A stretch of DNA of 64,000 nucleotides, taken from the NCBI GenBank assembly GCA_013265495.1, contig MU063554.1, positions 10,218,794 to 10,282,793 on the forward strand. The letters run 5' to 3'. Position numbers and translations under genes: made by a program. Each line of letters begins with the position of its first letter. The first letter of the stretch is position 1. Origin of the DNA: Vicugna vicugna (taxonomy: Eukaryota). Positions 53,801 through 64,000 of this stretch are shown piece by piece. The notes below the pieces were generated by a model. It had not been told where the DNA came from, ran no database searches, and was given only the letters and a program-made list of their open reading frames with translations.

Positions 53801-54074
53801 CCTCTACATGGAAATGCACTGTCCCGGGACAGTACAGCGCCAGCCACTCCCATGCCGTGAACCTCACCTCCAAGAACGTGGGAGATTCAGGGAGTAATCA
53901 ACAAGGAGCTGAGTCCCACGTCCACACGGGGACGCCGGGCTCATGCAGGGAGCAAATGGTCACAGAGCTCACCTGCAGCTCCCCCAGAGTCCACATTTAC
54001 CCCGAGCTCTTTCCCACAAAACCTGGTGAGAACAGGGCTCCTGATGAGGGCTGCTCCTACAGCAGCAAACATTT

Positions 54075-54225
54075 GCACTCCTCTTTCAGGTTTACAATCC
54101 TCTTACCCCATAATACCCCGGGGACTCTGGGTGGGGTGGGGAGGGACAGACTATCAGTCACTCTGCAGGAAACTGGGGCTCAGAGAGGGTAAGCCATATG
54201 CCCGAGGTAACACAGCAAGTCAGCA
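54075..54225 (-). mobile_element. MIR SINE
   Basis: tttacaatcctc...ctgcaggaaactggggctcagagagggtaagccatatgcccgaggtaacacagcaagt. Confidence 0.7.
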
Positions 54226-55494
54226 ACTCTTTCCACACCACCCTGCCCACCCCTGGATGTCTGTATCAGAGCCCCTACCCACACCCACTGATGAGCTGTC
54301 CCACCCTACCCAGATGACCTGGGCACACAGTGGGCACCCATGACCATAAGCCCCAGGGACCCCCACTCCCCAGTCAGCTGTGCAGCTGGCCAGAGGCCTC
54401 AGTGTCAGAGCAGACATCGGCAGGGGATGTGACTGCACCTTCGCCGAGCTGGAGCGGTTCCAACCCCAGAAACAATGCTCCCGGCCTACCTCCTCTCTGG
54501 TTTCCAGTCTGCATCCTGCGCATCACTCGTGCTCAGGGTGCTTAAAAACACGTATTAGATGAACAAAGGCATCTCCACCATTTAAGAACCTGCTTAGTGC
54601 CACGTGGGTGTCCCCAATGTGCACAGGACCTCCTGGGTGTCCCTGACCCACTTCACAGCTTGGGAGACTGAGCCAGGAGAGGTGGACAACTTGCCCAGCA
54701 TGTAGGCGGCAAGTCACACTGAACACCCCACCCCTGGGCATGTCCCCAGGGCTCCTCCTCCTCCACTGGCCCACAGGTTCCAAGGTATGTCACTGGGACA
54801 CCACTAGGACACCACGGGGATGCCACGGTGAGGACACCGCCCCTATGTCGGAAGCCCAGCCCCTCCACGTCTCTGTATCGTGGTCTGGCATCTCCTGGGC
54901 ACCAACCTCCAGGGGACCTCAGGGCTCAGGGCCACCTGGGTCTGCCAGGCATCCGCTGCGTGAACAGGACAGCCCCCTCCGTGCTCTAGCCTCAGTTTCC
55001 TCACCTGCACTGAGGCTTCAGACACAGTGGAAAGGTGAGTGTTTCCAGTACCCCCGACCTCTGCCTGGGCACCCCAGGGGTGCAGGCCAGCAACTGCCCA
55101 CCTCCACACACTCATCAGGGGTTGTGGATGGAGGGAGGGTGCCATGAGTGTGCAAACACCAACACGGATGCAGAGTGCACCCACCTGTCACCTAGACCCT
55201 TCCGTGGGCGCAGTCATACCGCCTGGTGGATCGTTAAATCCTCACCCCAAGAAAGAGCTTAGAGAAGTCGGCCCCACTCTTGGGAGGGGCTGGGCGAGCA
55301 GCATTGGTGCTAAAAGCAATGAAACTGCCCTCTCTCCCAATTACACGTGATAAACTCACCATCCCACCAAAGGCCCAGCAGTTGTGAGCATTTAACTAAA
55401 GGTCGAAAGCAAAAATAGAAGCTGTGGGGAAGGATGCTTTTAGGCCACTGAATGTGACCAAGGGGAGTGGGAACAGGCTGTGTGGGCAGATGGA

Positions 55495-55580
55495 GACTCA
55501 CGTTCACACACACACAGTCACTCATGTAGCTACTCACATACTTTCACCCAGAGACACTCTCTCACACACACACTCACACC
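55495..55580. repeat. Degenerate (CA)n tract
   Basis: actcacgttcacacacacacagtcactc...ctctcacacacacactcacacc. Confidence 0.8.
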
Positions 55581-58220
55581 TCGCCCCTTCCTTCCCGCCT
55601 GCCCGCCCCATGTCTTTCCCAAGTCAATTCCCTCAGCTTCCTTACAAACCAAGGGCCCTGCTCCCCACTCCTGCTCAACTCAGCTCAGAGAGAACCCGGG
55701 CCCTGTTCTAGGGGACACAGAGAGAGGCCACACTTCCTCAGCCTCCTGCGTCATCAGCTACAGTTTGGTTAATCCGAGAAGCTGGTAGCTGACTCCACAG
55801 CCAGGAGAATCAGGGCTCAGGGACAGGCAGGGGGAGCCCTCAGCCCCAGCCTCCCGCCAGCTTGCCCCGCACGACCCACAGGGCACCCCAGGGCCCTGGG
55901 AGCTCCAAATGCCCCTGGCAGCCAGGGGGCCACTAACTCACCCCAACCTTCTCTTAGCCTTCCCAAACCCAGCCCCCAACAGCACAGACAAGAAACAGGA
56001 GGAGGGGGCAGAGCCCCAAAGGCAAGGAGCAGATTCTGGATTGCTGAGGGCAGGTGGGGTGCCCCTGAGGCCCAGGAGGGTGTGGGACAGCGGCCAGCTG
56101 CCCGGTGACTCTCAGAGCCCCGCCCACTCCCCTGCCCCTAAGAGGCTGAAAGTGCAGGACGGCGGTGGGGGAGGGCGCACACCAACTCCTGCCTGTGGTC
56201 ACGTCCCCTGACCCTCATCATCCTCTTCTTACTCATGAGAATCACAGAGGGTTGTCAGGCTGTCTGCCCAAAGGTGGCCTGAGGCCAACATCCCTGCCCA
56301 CCCACATCGGGCTAAGTCCCACAGCTCTGGGTGTCAGCCTGGGGCTGGGGCACGGAGTCACCCAGCATAGACGCTGCGGCAAACCACATACACCCTGGAA
56401 TGAGTCACTGGGGCAGGGCGGACCCTTTCATCCAAGCCTCGGATTCCTGAGGCCACTGGGGCCACCGCTGGAGAGCAGACACCTTCCAGGAACTCGGTCA
56501 CCGGGATGGGCAGAGCCACTGGGACAGGAAGCAAGGGGGACTGGCCACCGGGGGAAGGAGGGACTGGGCAGCCAGGTGTGGCTCTCGGCAGCACTGAGCA
56601 GGAGGGGCACCAGCCACTACCAGGGCGCTCCCCGCACCAACAATGGTTAGGATACGGGGCGTCCGGGGAATTCACAGCAGAGGCCGACGTGGAAACGGCC
56701 ATAGCCCAGACAGAATGAAGCACGCTAAGCAATGGGGGGAAGGGGAGAAGGATATTCTGGGCATGGGAGGAGGGGTGGGCTAGAAACCTGAAAAGAGGGG
56801 GCGGCATTTCAACCACAGCTTGGAAATAAACAGGATTTTCCAAATGAATGGAGAGGAGGGGATGGAAAGAGGGGAAGGGGATTGGAGGTGGAAAAGGGCA
56901 AAGGCACGGGGTATGGAAATGCCTGGATGGCTTTCAGGAACTGCTACTGGCCTGGGGACACAGAAGCTTCTGGAAGAGATGGGAGAGTGGCATGGAAAAG
57001 GAGTCAGGGGCAGTTCACAGGGTACCTCCATCCGTTCCCAGGAGCCTGAACTTGATGTTAAGGCTTACAGTCCCTGCGGGCTGGACACAAGGTGGGGACT
57101 GTGTTTCAGGAAGAACATTCTGGAAGGGCAGAGTGAGGGCTAGAGGTGGAGACCCTGGAAGCAGGGAGGCCACGCGGGAGGCTGGCTCCAGGAACGCTGG
57201 AGCAGAGCTGGGTGCTGGGGGCAGGGGGTGGAAATCCCAGCACCAGGACTGGACGGAGCGGGGCAAGAGCACCCCACACCTGGAGATCAGAGGCCCACAC
57301 TCACAGCGGCACCATTTCTTCATAAATCTTGTGCTCAACAGAGCGAAGACCTGGGCGAGGTCGAGGGACAGATCTCTGAAAATAGGACACAGGACGCCAC
57401 ACCAAGCCATGCAGACCCGCTGGGTGTCTGGACCTCCTGCAAAGCACGCAGCCCTGAAGTTAAACTCCGAGCTCTGCAGGATGCAGTGTGGCACCCCAGG
57501 CCTGGGGCTTGGCCTGACTCCCCAGCCCCGTGGCCACCCCCGTGGTGGGCAGAAATCCAGGCACCTGCCTGATGGTCAGCCTGCCCTGGCCCAGGGCATC
57601 CACTGACCCTGCTGGGACAGCGCAACAATTGTCTTTCGTTTCATGGTCCCCATTGTCCTCAATTCTCTCGCCTGCCCGCACCCAGGGCCAAAAGAGGATT
57701 TTCAGAGGGATTTCTCAATGGGCTTGTGGAGAAACATCCTGTCGGCCAGACTGCTGCTCACAGCCCTGCCTGGAAAGGCCGTAGAGCGGGTGGGAGCCAA
57801 CGACCCTGCAGAAACGGCCCCGGATGTGAGTAGCTACTCTAACCCAGGCAATCATTGGGCTGTGTGGTCATACGTAGGTGGTGGGCCTCATCTGGGATCA
57901 CAGGGCTGCAGCGGGCAGAGCCGGCCCCAGCCTCTTCCTCCACCCGGCACCATCCCATTGCCACTCGCTGCCTTCCTGTGTGACCACGTTCAGTCTGGAG
58001 ACCCGGGGGCCTGGAGACGCCTATGTGGCCCCAGATCTGCCCCACATCACAAGAAAGGGATGCCAGGCCCGCTCCTTGGACCACCCTGTGAGGGGGCACT
58101 GACATGACCAAAGAAGCCAAGAGGGAGCGAAGCGCTCCTTCTGAAGGTCCTCGTGGGGACGCCCACACAATGGGGCGAGCAGAGGGCCATTCAAAGTGAC
58201 GTGTAAGAACAGTCAGAGAT

Positions 58221-58352
58221 GGCGCGAGGGTGCAGCTCAGTGGTACAGTGCCTGCTTATCGTGCATGGGGTCCTGGGTTCAATTCCCAGTACCTCCATTT
58301 AACAAATAAAGAAATAAACCTAATTAGCACCCCCACACCCCCCCAAAAAAAA
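58221..58352 (+). mobile_element. tRNA-Ala-derived camelid SINE (vic-1-like), long-tail form
   Basis: A box (gcagctcagtggt), B box (gggttcaattccc), acctcca, then an A-rich/C-rich tail and A8. TSD cagtcagagat (58210-58220) / cagtcagtgat (58354-58364). Confidence 0.88.
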
Positions 58353-58460
58353 CCAGTCAGTGATGCTTTGATAAAATATTCTTAACATGGGAGAAGAGGC
58401 AGGATTACAAACTGGAGGAATACATTATGGCAAAGTCCCTTTCAAAATGCACGTCTTAGT

Positions 58461-58554
58461 GGGAGAGGGTGTAGCTCAGTGTTAGAGTGCCTGCTTAGCA
58501 TGCACAAGGTCCTTGGGTTCAATTCCCAGCACCTCCATTTTAAAAAAAAAAAAA
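58461..58554 (+). mobile_element. tRNA-Ala(AGC)-derived camelid SINE (vic-1-like), short form
   Basis: gggtgtagctcagtgttagagtgcctgcttagcatgcacaaggtccttgggttcaattcccagcacctcca plus A13. TSD gtcttag at 58453-58459 and 58557-58563. Confidence 0.9.
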
Positions 58555-58790
58555 GTGTCTTAGACAGGATCCTGAACAGAAGGAAGACATTAGGTAACGG
58601 CTAAGGTAACCTGGAATTGTGGACTCTAGTTAACACACATGTACCAATATTGGCTCATTAACACAAACACCAGTGTAGGAAGTTAGCAACAAGGGAACTG
58701 GGCGCGGGGTTTATGGGAATTCTCTGCTGTCTTCTCAATGATTTTCTAAATCTAAAAACAATTCTAAACAGTGAAATTTATTTTAAAAAT
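58555..58790 (+). mobile_element. L1MC-like 3' end (host region of the two SINEs)
   Basis: ggatcctgaacagaaggaagacattag...gtaccaatattggctcattaa...gggaactgggcgcggggtttatgggaattctctg...tctaaatctaaaaacaattctaaa. Confidence 0.75.
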
Positions 58791-58929
58791 GTGTATAACA
58801 ACTCTGTACATATGGCTAGATCTCATGAAACTTTCCACACACACAGGAACGGGAGCATGGAAAGACAGGTACCCCCGAGTTAGGGTCTGAGGTCTGGTCA
58901 CTGTGAGGTCACTGTCCCGGTTTCAGCAA

Positions 58930-59220
58930 TGCCCTGCCTCATGTCGGATGTTGCCACCAGGATCAGATGGGGAAAGGGTGCCGGGAGCCCTCCATACTAG
59001 TCTAACAACTTCTCGCGGCTCCATAATTATTTCAAAATGAAAAGTTAACAGAGGGTGTGTACAGACCTCCCTCTCGACCCAGCATTTCCTCCTCCAGGAA
59101 TGGAACAAAATGTTAATATCTGTTCTCTCCAGAGGGTAAGATTATAGGTGCTTTTCAGATTTCAATTTTGAACCTCCCAGTATCTTCCAAAGCATTCCAC
59201 AATGAGCACACAATGAGCAG
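58930..59220 (+). mobile_element. Further old L1 3' fragments (L1MB/L1ME-like)
   Basis: gggagccctccatactagtctaacaacttctcgcggctccataattatttcaaaatgaaaagtt and caaaatgttaatatctgttctctccagagggtaagattataggtg. Confidence 0.55.
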
Positions 59221-62200
59221 TGGATTATTTAGGGGCGGGCAATGCTCTGTGTCTCCACCAGGATAAACCACGGTGGGTTGGAGTCTGTGGCCTCAAAGGA
59301 CCAGGTGAGACAAGATCAGGTGAAGTGGCAGCTGGAGGGGCATCCCCCATCCCCTGCGGAGCACGATGTATGTCAGGAACATCTGGAGCTCCTGGCCCCT
59401 ACTCCCCCGCACACACTCCCTCTTACGGAGCGCAGACAAAGAAGGGGCTGCCTGGCTCCCCACCCCCAGTGGGGCTCACACATCAGCAGATGTCCTAGCC
59501 CCCTCCCCCCGGAACTCATGTCAGGGGATCCCAGGATAAATCAGGAAGGCTGAGCTCAGGCTGGCAAGGGGGAGCTGAGCGTCTCCAGATTAACCCAAAG
59601 GCAGAGACAACACCTGGGGAGAAATCTGTAACGTGGGGCATGCTGCATAAAAGTAAATCCTGCGGGGTTCGGAGCCAAGAAATTCCAGAACAAGTGCCTA
59701 CTGATGCACAACGTTCAAGTCCACCAACTGCCCCACTGCCCACGGAGAGGAGAAAAACCGCACTAAGAACTAGAGCGTCCCTGATAGTCCCCTTAACTCA
59801 CCCATCCCAAAAGCCAGTCCCCCCGCGGGGAAGTGAGAAAACGCACCGGTGACGGACCATCACCGCTACTGCACAAAGGCCGTCAGGGTGCTGCGCCCAA
59901 GCGATTATTTTTCTAAATTTTCCACAATAAACAGGTAGCTGTTTTAGAAGAAACTGTACTGGCGGGAAAGATACAGCTTGTGCACAGAGAGGCGGTGCAG
60001 GGTCGTGGCTCGGGATGCGGGCCCCAGAGCCAGTGCCAGCTCTGCCCCTTTCTCCACTGGACCTTGGGCTGCTTAGCCTTTCTGGGCTGGAGGCTGGGAG
60101 GTGGCCATGCTCAGGGCACAGGGACAGGGGCCTGCCACCCAGGGGCCTCCTTCCTCCCCCTTACAGAGCCACTCAGCATCCCACCCTGGGCAGGACTTTC
60201 CAGGTCACCCCATCTGCCTTGGGTGGTGCCCAGACCTCATGGTAATGATGACCCAATGTGACTCCAAGGCACAGGAGCAAGCAGCTCCCTGGGTCAGAAA
60301 GGCAGGGACCCCCTCGAGCTCTGGAGGTTTGCCTGTGGCTGCAGGGCTTAGCTGTGGTGCACCAGCCCTGAGGCTGCCTGGCATCATTTGGGGACCTGGA
60401 CTGGCAGCAGTGGGGAGGGGGCAGCAGCCAGTAGGGGCCGGGGGCTGGGGGACCAGGACTGGGGGTGCCTTGCCGGCCCATCACCATTTCTCTCCACATT
60501 CCGAGCAACTCAAACAAGAGATGCTTGTGAGCAAGCGAGTGATGAGTTGGCATCTGGAAACGATGCCTCATTAAAGAGCTTGATTTCAAAAATGTGTGCA
60601 TTTATCATTAAGGGCCTTCAGGAGACGGAGTCCTCGGGGCTGCTGGGACCAGGATGTGGGGAGGGGGGTTAGTCGGGTCCCGTGGAACAGATGAGGAAAT
60701 GTGGTTCCCAAGCCCGTGGGATTTCACAGATCCCCTCCCCCCATTCCTGTGCCCCAGTTTCCTGCCTGTATACTGGGGGCAGAGTGGGGGTTTTGGTGGT
60801 CTTCTCTACTCCATGCTGTGCTGTCTCTAGTGAAGTGTCACCAGCTGTAAGGGGTGGCAGTGGCAGATGGGACCCGGGCCCCTGGGGCCTACTGACCACT
60901 GTGTCCCTCCCCACAGGCTAAACCCTGCCTGCCCTGCTCAGGAGACAGATGGGGTTTGGTGTCTCTCTGAATTGGCTTCTGTTTGTGTGTTTGTACATGT
61001 GGGTGGGTGTGTGGGTGGGTGAGTTTCCTGTAGAGCCCTGGAGGAGGGTCAAGGGCCTGGTTCCAGCCCCACCCTGTCCTGGATCCTGGACCCCCTCCTC
61101 AGGCCTCATCTGTGAGGGTCCCCTGAGGGCCCCTAGCCCTGCCCATCTCTGGGCCTTAAAGTCTGGGCACCTCCCACTGGGACCTTCCCCTTCCCCACAA
61201 ATTCCCCTCCTGGTCTGCTGGACATCTCACGCCACCCGGGGTCTTAAAGGGCCAAACTCTAAGGGCAGCAGTAAGGACAGGAGGGCACGTTATCCAACGC
61301 AGCCACCTGCTTCAGGGGTGGTCCAGCAGCTCAGAGCAGGACTCTCTCGGCCCCGACAACCCCACGGCCATCGGTCCCTCTCCCTTCCAGGACCTTCTCT
61401 CCCCTCATCCTCTATGAATCATGATCGGAAACAGCATCGGTGCCTGACGCTAACAATCAGAACTAAGTCTCATTCAAGGCCTCTGAGGGATATTGGTTTC
61501 CTTATTTATTAGAGAGAAAAAATAAATCGAGAATGGCATACGTGGCTTTATTGCAGCCTCCTATGAAATGGCCTTTCGAGATCCTTAATCTAAGGGTCCA
61601 CTTCCCCAGTGACAAATCAGAGCTGGGGGATGGGAGATGAGGAGGAGAGGGAGGGGGAGGGGTCTCAACAAGATCAGACTGTCACTCACCGCTCCCCCGC
61701 CTAAGGGGCTCCCCTGCCAAGCTGGACCAGCAGAAGATCCTGAGTGGACGGACACAGGGCCAAGGGCTGGGCACATGAAGTGCACAGCGCTGTGTGCCAG
61801 GTGGTCGCAGCACATCAGGTGCACCTGAGGGTCCCCCTGCCCATCCCCACCTCCCCGCAGGCTCATTCCCAGGTGCAGAAATAGGACACAGCATCGATTG
61901 GTCACTCTAGCCCACTCGCACCCACACCATAGGCAGTCTCAGAAACGCCTGCCACTCAAGTGAACAAAGCCACGTCGCCCTCCCTGTCCTCAAGGGGGAT
62001 GTGACAAACCCAGTCCAGGGTCTCTTCCATCCCCCCAGCTGCCCTGTCCACCCCTTACCCAAAGCCCCCTTCTGCACACCCCCCGAGGCCTCCTAGACCA
62101 AATTCTCCCTTGGGACCATCCTTCCTGCATCTTCGAGGTGCCAATCAGCAAACCACGGACGGGCCAGTGGGGGTGACACTGGGGAGACAGGCCCTCTCAG

Positions 62201-64000
62201 CTGGATACAGGACTCCCCTTTCCCTGGAAAGTTACCCTGCCCCACTGGCATCCAGGAGGCTGAGAACTCCAGCAGTGTGTGTGTCAATCAACACTTCTCA
62301 GCGTCAAAGTCATCGGCCGGGCGCGGGCCCATCAGTCTAGTGCACAAACCGCCTTCCCCTCTCCCCCAGTGCCCTAAACCTGCCATTTTCATTAAGGCAA
62401 ACGAAGCACCAATGCATACATGTTCAGCCAGCGAAAAGGGAGCCCAGAGAGCTATTCAAAAGTCATTGGAGGTCGGGTGCGTAGAAGCAGGGAGGACCAA
62501 GGCTGTAACTCAAAAGAAGAAAATTACAAGATTTTCCCATTTTCATTCTGCTCCTGCTGGAAAGGCTGCTCTGCCCACAGCCATGGGGAGCTGGTACGTG
62601 AGCCAGGGGTTGGGGGGGTGCTTGGAAAGCCAAGCCTTGGTAGGTAGGTGGGGTGGGGGGAGGACAGCAAGCAGTCCCTCCTGGCCACCACTTTCTGATT
62701 CCAGATCAGATCCTTCCCCACCTGGGCAAGCACTTGGAAGGTGAGGGCCTGAGGTTGGAAACTGGGCCACACCATCAAGGATTCTGAAAGTCCCAGCGAG
62801 GCAGAACATCACACAGAATAAAAGCCCCAAGGGCACTGGTTCGGCCATGAGGGGAGAGGCAGCCAGGACGGGAATGGCCACCAGGGCAAGGCTGATGCCG
62901 GGGGACAACCCAGCATCCAGAACGTTTCCAAGTCCCTCCAGGGTCTCTGAGCCCCACAGGCCTGGTCCAACAGCCTTAGCTCACAGCCGGGTCAGTGAGG
63001 CCCTGGAAAGACAAGGCAGAAAGGAAATGACATGCCAAGAAGACTCCAGGAAGCAAAGATGTGCACGGAAACACCTGGCCACCCTAAAACTGTCCCGTGA
63101 ACACAGTCTCCGGGAAGAGGAGCAAGAGGTGTGAGTTCTGAGGGTGGAGGGCGGGGCGGGTGGGAGGCCGGGCTTGACGCAGACCTGCCGGACCACAGGC
63201 TCACACAAGACTGTCCATGTCCAGGCTCTGGGTCAGCGAGGAGGAGGCCTCTAGATTCCACCCTGTGTCCTGCGTGGGGCCTCCTGGCCAGGAGCACATG
63301 TTAAGCTCATTTATTTCTATTTTTTAAAGATGTCCAGGAGGGACTTCACTGCCCCTCCCACTGTGGTTCTCGGTCTTGCCTGGACCACAGACCACCCCCC
63401 ACCTCTGAGAAACTGCACCAGTGCACAGTCATGCTGGGGGTCCAGGGCTCCCCGGAGCCTGTCCTGCCCGCATCTAGGGGCCTGCTGAGTGTGTGTCACT
63501 GATGGTCAGCACAGAGCAGGGCACAGCTGACCTTGAAGGCAGCGGGGACTGCCGAGGGGCCAGAGGGGGCTGAGCTGGCCCAGGGGTCTCCCTCCTGTCA
63601 CAAGCTCCAAAGCGAAGGCCCAGGCCAGGAGGTGCCGGTGAGCCTGCCTGTGCGGCATTTTCAGAGGGCAGAAGGGCCGGCTTGGAAGGTCGCACCCCCG
63701 CCTCCAGCCCTACCACTTTCCTGCTCAACAGTTCGGGTTTCACCAAAAACAAGGGGTCTTTTCATCCAGAATTTCCCACAAGGTTTCGGCCCCACATATT
63801 TGGGAGGGGGTTACGTTGCCCATAACCAGGCCGGCACTCACGGGAACAAGGTCTTAACTGGTGGAAGGGGATTAAGGACTCTGCAGGGACAGAGGAAAGA
63901 TGAAAACAGCCCTGGGCTGGGGACCACCCTCCAGGCCTTGGAGGGAGGGCAGGGAGCAACCCCAGGGCCTCCTGCCACACTTGGGAGAGGAATTCCCACA

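Noticed and set aside
58461-58540. Functional tRNA-Ala(AGC) gene
   Set aside because: Broken anticodon stem (cctgc/gcaca), lost D-loop GG, acceptor-stem mismatch, and a poly(A) tail with TSD instead of a T-run terminator: a SINE copy.

Overview
GC-rich (~60% by eye) mammalian genomic DNA, very probably camelid: it carries tRNA-Ala-derived SINEs resembling vic-1 and a camelid-type L1 3' end. The only gene I can support is CCDC85C on the minus strand. Five coding exons lie in the window (18501-18574, 7812-7919, 2494-2589, 1503-1601, 590-679 with stop), all flanked by AG acceptors and joined by GT-AG introns. They splice in one frame into the C-terminal ~155 aa, [155 protein letters not shown]. 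Exon numbering (2-6) follows my recollection of the human model; the large coiled-coil exon 1 lies beyond 64000, so 18575-64000 is intron 1. The rest is intronic: MIR, L1, MLT1 LTR and SINE fragments (some nested, with target-site duplications), simple repeats and AT-rich enhancer-like islands. The hundreds of other ORFs in the track look like chance open frames of GC-rich DNA. I found no evidence of a new multi-gene system. The best leads are a 640-bp near-perfect tandem duplication that doubles a CTCF motif (real or an assembly artefact), two frame-preserving cassette-exon candidates in intron 1 (12 nt and 36 nt), and several candidate enhancers. Repeat boundaries and subfamily names come from remembered consensus sequences and are approximate.
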